Below are positions 57,812-64,000 of a DNA stretch of 64,000 bases, piece after piece. Where the stretch lies: contig OZ241883.1 in assembly GCA_965203445.1 (NCBI GenBank), positions 704,001-768,000 on the forward strand, written 5' to 3'. This stretch comes from Candidatus Oxydemutator sp. GTDB taxonomy: Bacteria; Pseudomonadota; Gammaproteobacteria; Poriferisulfidales; Oxydemutatoraceae. Positions within the stretch are counted from its first letter, which is position 1; every line of letters begins with the position of its first letter. Under the pieces are notes generated by a model that saw only the letters and a list, made by a program, of their open reading frames with translations, did no database searches and was not told the DNA's origin. A program made the position numbers and the translations under genes.

Positions 57812-58358
57812 GCGTCGTCTCGCTGTAACCGCCGCGACCGCAAGCGCCCGGCGAGCAGTCCCGCTGTTGCTCCTGCTCTCGGCGTTGCCGGGCGCGGCGG
57901 GTGCGGTAACGCAGGTGTACGAAGCGCCCGATGCCTTCATCGAGCGCGTGTTCGGGAACAACGCGCCGCAAGCCGCGCTGCTCTACCCGGACAAGCCGCT
58001 GAAGGAGCGTATCCGCGCGATATTGGGGCGCCGCTACGCCAGGTTCCGCATCCGTTACTGGTTGCGCGACGGGCGCAGCGCCTGGGTGCTGGAGGAGATA
58101 GGCAAGGAGCGCCCGATCACCTGCGGCTTCGCCGTGTCCTCCTCCGGCATCGAGGAGTTGAAGGTGCTGATCTTCCGCGAGAGCCGCGGCTGGGAGATCC
58201 GCTATGAAGGGTTCACCCGCCAGTTCGCCGGCGCCAGGCTGACGTCGGCGGACAAACTCGACCGCGGCATAGACAACGTCACCGGCGCGACGCTGTCGGT
58301 GCGCGCGGCGACCAAGCTCGCGAGGCTTGCACTGCTGCTGCACGATAGCGTCCGCTGA
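57777..58358 (+). CDS. Exported FMN-binding domain protein (start uncertain)
   Basis: EEIGKERPIT, FRESRGWE, FTRQF.GA, IDNVTGATLS flavinylation-type motif. Confidence 0.82.
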   Translation: MASISASATSFERRLAVTAATASARRAVPLLLLLSALPGAAGAVTQVYEAPDAFIERVFGNNAPQAALLYPDKPLKERIRAILGRRYARFRIRYWLRDGRSAWVLEEIGKERPITCGFAVSSSGIEELKVLIFRESRGWEIRYEGFTRQFAGARLTSADKLDRGIDNVTGATLSVRAATKLARLALLLHDSVR

Positions 58359-58385
58359 CACCGGGGGCGGACGCCGAGAGCGCGC

Positions 58386-59114
58386 GTGATGGTAGAGCAA
58401 TGGCATCGCCGGCTCGGGGTCGGCATTTTTGTTTTCCTGTTGTCGTTCGTGGCCACGGGCGTGGCCTTGCAGCATACCGCGGACCTGGGACTGGATCATT
58501 CCTACGTGCCCGCGGCCGCGGCCGTCGCCTTCTACGGCGTCGTTCCCGACGTCACCGACTACGCGGTCGGGCGCCGCTGGGTCTCCCACGCCGGGCGCTT
58601 TCTCTACTTCGACGGCGCGCCGGTGTTGCGCTTGCGGGTATCCGAACTCCGGGGCGCGGTCGCGCTCGGCGGCGCGTTGTGGGTCGCGGGCGACGACAAA
58701 CTGTGGCTGCTGTCGGCGCGCGGCAAGATGCTCGACGAGTTCTCGCACGGCTACGGCCTGCCCGACGTCGTTCGAGGCGTAGCCGTAGCCGCCGACGGCG
58801 ACCTCGTGATCCGCGGCGCGCGCGGCGACTGGCGCGCGAGCGTATCGGCGGATACGCCCGCGCTCGAGTGGCGGGCGTTTGCATCGAGGCAGTCGTCGTG
58901 GTCGGCACCGGCGACCGCGCCGCCGGCACTGCGCGAACGGGTGCGCGCCCACGCGCGCGCCCACTTCATCAGTTGGGAGCGCCTGCTGATAGACCTGCAC
59001 AGCGGGCGTCTGTTCGGTGTCGTCGGCGTCATCGTCGCCGACGTCGCAGCGCTGCTCCTGCTGCTGCTCGCGCTGCTGGGGCTATTCCTATGGTACCGGC
59101 GCAAGCCCTGTTGA
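58386..59114 (+). CDS. PepSY-associated TM helix protein
   Basis: WHRRLG...ATGVALQH N-terminus; WERLLIDLHSGRLFG..G...D C-terminal TM. Confidence 0.82.
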   Translation: MMVEQWHRRLGVGIFVFLLSFVATGVALQHTADLGLDHSYVPAAAAVAFYGVVPDVTDYAVGRRWVSHAGRFLYFDGAPVLRLRVSELRGAVALGGALWVAGDDKLWLLSARGKMLDEFSHGYGLPDVVRGVAVAADGDLVIRGARGDWRASVSADTPALEWRAFASRQSSWSAPATAPPALRERVRAHARAHFISWERLLIDLHSGRLFGVVGVIVADVAALLLLLLALLGLFLWYRRKPC

Positions 59115-59158
59115 CGAGACTCTCACGCCCCCCTGCTCCCCGTCCGCGCGACGTTGTC

Positions 59159-59230
59159 GCCACGGCGCGCGAGGTCATCGCCATCATCCGCGACGCCGGC
59201 GCGCAACCCTCGGCACTGCTCATCTCCTGA
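59159..59230 (+). pseudogene. Short PyrE-like (orotate phosphoribosyltransferase) fragment
   Basis: ATAREVIAIIRDAGAQPSALLIS* resembles the PyrE segment following the PRPP loop (E. coli [23 protein letters not shown], from memory). Confidence 0.4.
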
Positions 59231-59248
59231 GGCAATGCCGACCCGTTC

Positions 59249-62200
59249 CTACGGCGCCGAAAACGTCCTGCACCGGCCCTGGTTCCCCGGCGCGAGCACG
59301 AAACACCGATCGGCGGACAACACCTCGCCGTCGAAGTCCAAATCCGCGTCCACCGCGTAATTGCCGGCCGCGTCCGGGTCGCGGTACGCGCCCGCGCCCA
59401 ACGACCTCAGGTTGTGCACGCGGATCAATACCTCGTCCCGCTCGTCTATCACGCCGTTGCGATCCACGTCGCCCGCGAACATCGCATACGTGCCTTGCCC
59501 GACTTCGGCCTGCCCGTCCCCGTGCGACTGCGCGAACCGGAAGTCCACGCAGTAGCCGGCGGTGCAGCCCTCGCCGCCGGGCGCCAATGCATTCGCGGAT
59601 ATTACCGACAGGTGGTTGCGGTGGTGCACCAACACGTACACCTGCCCGCCTTCGAGCAGCTCCGTCTCAAAACGCACGCCGTCCAGGAACAGCGCATCCG
59701 CCGCCGTCGCCGCCTCCTCGTTGATCCCTGCGATACGACCGTCGCGCAACAGCAAGCCCGCGGCGCGACCGCCCGTCGTCGGCGCCGATGCCAACGCCGC
59801 GTCCGCGGTCGCGCCGGTGCGCACCTCCACCAGCACCCAGTCCACTATCGTCGAGGTTACGCCGCTCAATCCAGACCCCTCCCCCACGTGCGGCACCGTC
59901 GTCGCCGCCGGGTAGTTCCACGGAGCCACGTTATAGGGTTGTCGCCTCGGCAAAACGTCTATCAATCCGGTGCTCATGCCACGCGAACCCCCATACGCAC
60001 CCTGCAAATACACGCGCGCGTCCACCACCACCAACCTGTCGTCGTTGGCTATCGTTACGACCGTCGAAAACCGGGTCGTGGCAACCGCAACGCTATCGCC
60101 CCGAGTACGCAACAGCCGCAACACCAGCTCCTCCTCCGGTTCTATGACGTAGTCGTCCAACAGGCGCAACCGTATCACCGCCCTCGTCGTGCCCGCGGCC
60201 ATCACCACCATACCGCCATCCTCGTCTCTATAATCGGCACCCGCCGTCGCCGTGCCGCTTACCTGATAATGGATGGTTACGTCCTCGCCGATAACCGTAG
60301 TAGCAGGCGACAAAGCCACCTCGAACCGAAGCTCCACGTCGCTCTCCGTCGTGCGTATATAGGCCGGCGTCGCCAGCATCACCACCGGTACCGACGGCTG
60401 CCTCTGGCGCTGCACGCGGATACTCGTGGTGTTGCCGCCGGGATAACGTATGCTTACACCGCGCAACGCCGGATAATCGAAACGACTCCCGAAATCCCAT
60501 GGCGCGTCGTCGTTCAACGTCACGACACCCATGGCCGTGCTCGCCACGCCGTCCACGTCCAACTGATCCCAACCGGCGTAGATGCCCGCGGCCGCCGTCG
60601 GCGCGCGCAACTCGGTGGACGTCCTGGACGACCGATCCGGCGACGGCTCGTTCTCGCCACAGCACGAAGTCTGCCCGCTGCGCGCGTGGTCAAAGTAGCT
60701 CGCCTGAACGTCGTATTCGGCCGCGTCGGCTTCATCACGCCCCCCCACCAGGCCGCCCCGGTAGATGCTTGCGCCGTGCGCTCCCCCCGTCACCCTGCCT
60801 ATCGAGTAACTGGCGCTCACCACCGAACCTATGGCGGCCCGGCCTATCAGACCACCCGAACGGAGCGCATCCGCATGCACTCGCACGGCCGCGTAACTCG
60901 CCAATACCGTGCCATGATTGGCACCCGCCAGACCGCCCGCCGCAAAAACACCCTTTACGCTGCCGCCTGTCACGTAACACGCCGCCACTTTGCCTTCGTT
61001 ACGACCCACCAACGCCCCCGTGTGCATACTGCCGCCACCCACCTCCACGTTCACGTCCCACAAGCCCACGTTGCGGATCGTGCCGGCGCTGCTTACGGCA
61101 CCGAACAAGCCCGCGTTATCCAACCGTAGCGACGACTGGATACGCAAATTGCTTACGACGTGGCCGTTGCCTTCAAAAACGGCGGTGTAATACTTTATCG
61201 GACGCCCGCCCCCCAACGGCGTCCAGTTCCGCACGCTCGACAAGTCCACGTCGTTCGACAACTCGTAGCCTTTGCAACCGCCCGCACAAGTCTCGGCCTC
61301 GTCAAAAAACGGAAAGGCCTCGTCGTAGGCAACCACGTCTCCATCAGCCACGCCACGCAAACCCGCGCCGCCCAAGTCATAGCGGATCGCCGCCAACTGC
61401 GACGTCGTCGCAACGTTTATCAGATTGTTGCCGTCGGGATCGTAATCCTTCCCGTTCGGGGCGATGACGCTGACGACCGCGGAACTGGCGACGTTCAAGC
61501 GCCGGCGCAACGCGCTCGACGTCAAAAATCCGCTCACTCTCACTCGAAACGTCTCTCTCCTCTCCGACGTCCCGTCATCCGCTATCCCTACCCGGAAAAC
61601 CACGCTGTTGGTATTGGTGAGGAACAGCAACCCATCCCTGTCCCCGTCAAAATCCAACGCCTCGGCGTGGCCGTCGCCGGCACCGGTCAGCTCCACGGAC
61701 CAACTCATCACCAACTGGCTGACGCTGGGAACATCCAATTCTACGATGTACTCAACGTCCTGCCCCTCCGTTACCAGGTCGGCGCCCCGCTGCGACAACG
61801 TCAGCAACACCGGCGGCTGTAGCCGCCGTTGCACGCCGATACCGGCGGTGTTGCCGGTGGGATAACGCGCGCTCACGCCGCGCAACATTGGATAATCCAA
61901 ACCACTCCCGAAATCCCACGGCGCGTCGTCGTTCAAGTCGCCGTCATTGCTCTGATCCACGCCGTCCACGTCCAACTGGTCCCAACCGGCGTAGATGGTG
62001 CCCACGGCCGTCGTCGGCGCGCGCAACTGGACGACCGTCCTCGACGTATGCGCGTCATTCGACGGCATGTTCCGGCCACAGCACGAACTCTGCCCGCTGC
62101 GCTCGCGGTTATAGTAGCTCGCCTGAACGTCATATTCATCGGCGTCGGTCTGGTTACGCTGCCCCACCAGGCCACCTCTTCTGGCGCCTCCACTTTGCAC

Positions 62201-64000
62201 CCTACCTATCGAGTAACTGGCACTCACCACCGAACCTGCAATGGCTTCGCCTATCAGACCACCCGAATTGTTCATGGCCGCGTGCACTTCCACGTCCGCG
62301 TAACTCCCTATTACCACGCCACGATTGACACCCGCCAGTGCGCCCGCCGACCAACCACCCGTCACGCCGCCGCCCGCCACCCAGCACGCCGCCACCCTGC
62401 CGTCGTTGCGGCCCACCAACGCACTCGTAAAAACACTGCCGTCCCCCACGCGCACGCGCGCGTTCCTTACACCCACGTTGCGGATCCTGCCGCCGACGCC
62501 CACGGCGCCGAACAATGCCGCGTAATCCAAGTCTGCCGACGTGTCAATACGCAAATTGCTTATGACGTGGCCGTTGCCCTCGAAAACAGCGGTGTAATAC
62601 GCCAACGGACTCCCGCCCCCTATCGGGATCCAGTCATCGCCTGACAAATCCAGGTCGTTCACCAACTCGTAGCCTTTGCAGCCGCCCGGACACCCGCTTT
62701 CGTCGAAAAACGGAAACGCTTCTTCGTAAGCAACCATGTCTCCATCGGCCACGCCGCGCAAGCCCATACCGCCCAAGTCATAGCGGATCGCCTTCAACTG
62801 CGTCGTCGTCATAACGTCTATCAGATTGTTGTCGTCGGGGTCATAATCGTTCCCATGCGATCTGATAACGCTGACGACCGCGGAACTGGCGGCGCTCAAA
62901 CGCACGTTGTCCGGGCCTTGCAAATTGCTTACCCTTACTCGATAACTCTCTCTCCGTTCCGACGCCCCGTCCTCCGTTACCCGTATGCTGAAAACCGCGC
63001 TGTCGGTGTTGACGAGAGTTATCGTCCCTCGCGTCGCACCGGAAAAATCGGCCGCCTCGGCGTGGCGGGCACCGACACCGACAAGCTCCACCGACCAACT
63101 CACCGTCACCGCGGCTCTGCTGCGAAAATCCAATTCCACCGCGTACGTTACCGTCGAGCCTTCCGCTATCGGATCGTCGCCTCGCTGCGACAGCGTCACC
63201 AATACCGGCGGCTGCAAGCGCCGCTGCACGCCGACATTCGTGCTGTTGCCGGTGGGATAACGCGCGCTCACGCCGCGCAACACCGGATAATCCGAACTAC
63301 TCCCGAAATCCCACGGCGCGTCGTTGAAGTCGCCATCGCCGTCCACGTCCAACTGGTCCCAACCGGCGTAGATGGTGCCCACGGCCGTCGTCGGCGCGCG
63401 CAACTCGGTGGACGTCTTCGACGAACGATCCGGCGACGGCACGTTCGTGCCGCAGCACGCAATCTGCGCGGTGCGCCCGCGGTCAAAGTAGCTCGACTGA
63501 ATCTTGACGGATGATCCGCGCGACCCTATCAGACCACCGTCCTGGTTCCCGGTCTCTTCCACTCGCCCGATGCTGTAACTGGCGCTCACTACGCTCATGT
63601 CGCCGGCACCGCCTATCAAGCCGCCTTTCGCTCGATTCGGGGGAACGGTCGCGGCGCTCACCGACACGTTGGTATAACTCGCCACCACCCTCCCCTTTGC
63701 CCCGGTCAACGCGCCTACCAGGCCGCCCACTCCCCAGCCGCCCGTCACCGACCCGCGCACCACGTAACTCGACGCTATCCTGCCATAGGCAACCCCCGCC
63801 AACGCGCCCGTCTGTATGCTGGTTTCATCCACCGTCACGTTCACGTCCACCAGACCCACGTTGCGGACGACACTGGCGGCGCCCAGGCCGCGGAACAAAC
63901 CCACAAAGTCCCATCGGTTACTCCCGCCGACAATGCGCATGTTCTCGATAACGTGGCCGTTGCCTTCGAACGTCCCGTGGTAACGGTTCTCATCAGGCAG
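59249..64000 (-). CDS. Giant GLUG-like/Calx-beta repeat protein, 5' end beyond window, with shared C-terminal dockerin/EF-hand-like domain
   Basis: ORF track 59249..63940; the frame continues upstream (YHGTFEGNGHVIENMR). At least 3 modules. C-terminus VDARVYLQGAY...IVDWVLVEVR...HHRNHL...AGDVDRNGVID...DADLDFDGEV. Confidence 0.9.
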   Translation of the reverse strand: MPDENRYHGTFEGNGHVIENMRIVGGSNRWDFVGLFRGLGAASVVRNVGLVDVNVTVDETSIQTGALAGVAYGRIASSYVVRGSVTGGWGVGGLVGALTGAKGRVVASYTNVSVSAATVPPNRAKGGLIGGAGDMSVVSASYSIGRVEETGNQDGGLIGSRGSSVKIQSSYFDRGRTAQIACCGTNVPSPDRSSKTSTELRAPTTAVGTIYAGWDQLDVDGDGDFNDAPWDFGSSSDYPVLRGVSARYPTGNSTNVGVQRRLQPPVLVTLSQRGDDPIAEGSTVTYAVELDFRSRAAVTVSWSVELVGVGARHAEAADFSGATRGTITLVNTDSAVFSIRVTEDGASERRESYRVRVSNLQGPDNVRLSAASSAVVSVIRSHGNDYDPDDNNLIDVMTTTQLKAIRYDLGGMGLRGVADGDMVAYEEAFPFFDESGCPGGCKGYELVNDLDLSGDDWIPIGGGSPLAYYTAVFEGNGHVISNLRIDTSADLDYAALFGAVGVGGRIRNVGVRNARVRVGDGSVFTSALVGRNDGRVAACWVAGGGVTGGWSAGALAGVNRGVVIGSYADVEVHAAMNNSGGLIGEAIAGSVVSASYSIGRVQSGGARRGGLVGQRNQTDADEYDVQASYYNRERSGQSSCCGRNMPSNDAHTSRTVVQLRAPTTAVGTIYAGWDQLDVDGVDQSNDGDLNDDAPWDFGSGLDYPMLRGVSARYPTGNTAGIGVQRRLQPPVLLTLSQRGADLVTEGQDVEYIVELDVPSVSQLVMSWSVELTGAGDGHAEALDFDGDRDGLLFLTNTNSVVFRVGIADDGTSERRETFRVRVSGFLTSSALRRRLNVASSAVVSVIAPNGKDYDPDGNNLINVATTSQLAAIRYDLGGAGLRGVADGDVVAYDEAFPFFDEAETCAGGCKGYELSNDVDLSSVRNWTPLGGGRPIKYYTAVFEGNGHVVSNLRIQSSLRLDNAGLFGAVSSAGTIRNVGLWDVNVEVGGGSMHTGALVGRNEGKVAACYVTGGSVKGVFAAGGLAGANHGTVLASYAAVRVHADALRSGGLIGRAAIGSVVSASYSIGRVTGGAHGASIYRGGLVGGRDEADAAEYDVQASYFDHARSGQTSCCGENEPSPDRSSRTSTELRAPTAAAGIYAGWDQLDVDGVASTAMGVVTLNDDAPWDFGSRFDYPALRGVSIRYPGGNTTSIRVQRQRQPSVPVVMLATPAYIRTTESDVELRFEVALSPATTVIGEDVTIHYQVSGTATAGADYRDEDGGMVVMAAGTTRAVIRLRLLDDYVIEPEEELVLRLLRTRGDSVAVATTRFSTVVTIANDDRLVVVDARVYLQGAYGGSRGMSTGLIDVLPRRQPYNVAPWNYPAATTVPHVGEGSGLSGVTSTIVDWVLVEVRTGATADAALASAPTTGGRAAGLLLRDGRIAGINEEAATAADALFLDGVRFETELLEGGQVYVLVHHRNHLSVISANALAPGGEGCTAGYCVDFRFAQSHGDGQAEVGQGTYAMFAGDVDRNGVIDERDEVLIRVHNLRSLGAGAYRDPDAAGNYAVDADLDFDGEVLSADRCFVLAPGNQGRCRTFSAP

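Noticed and set aside
1-64000. CRISPR array, tRNA or rRNA
   Set aside because: All repeats seen are kb-scale and in-frame; no short repeat-spacer periodicity, cloverleaf or rRNA signatures were recognized.

Overview
GC-rich gammaproteobacterial chromosome segment. DsrR-like, DsrS-like and Alvin_2107-like genes point to a sulfur oxidizer. A host-associated (e.g. sponge symbiont) lifestyle is only an inference from the giant adhesins. About 29 kb is taken by three paralogous giant minus-strand genes (<1-10878, 10894-23832, 59249->64000). They are built from ~1.4 kb GLUG-like beta-helix + Calx-beta modules with a conserved scaffold and hypervariable loops that are shared mosaically between genes. 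The two genes whose 3' ends are visible share a ~260-aa C-terminal dockerin/EF-hand-like domain. Between them lie: a truncated tyrosinase with an intact partner gene; mpl, yaaA, pmbA/tldD and ndk; a complete isc operon with an IscR site; a tandem double-barrel OMP + GT2 + XRE cassette; suhB; a dsr-accessory cluster with a pseudo-receiver regulator; gmk, fdxA, an addB-like gene and fadD; a 180-bp MITE; amgK-murU-nadC; and a Fur-box porin/FMN-binding/PepSY operon. Five genes have -10 boxes placed for leaderless transcription. No rRNA, tRNA, CRISPR array, reverse transcriptase or transposase was seen.
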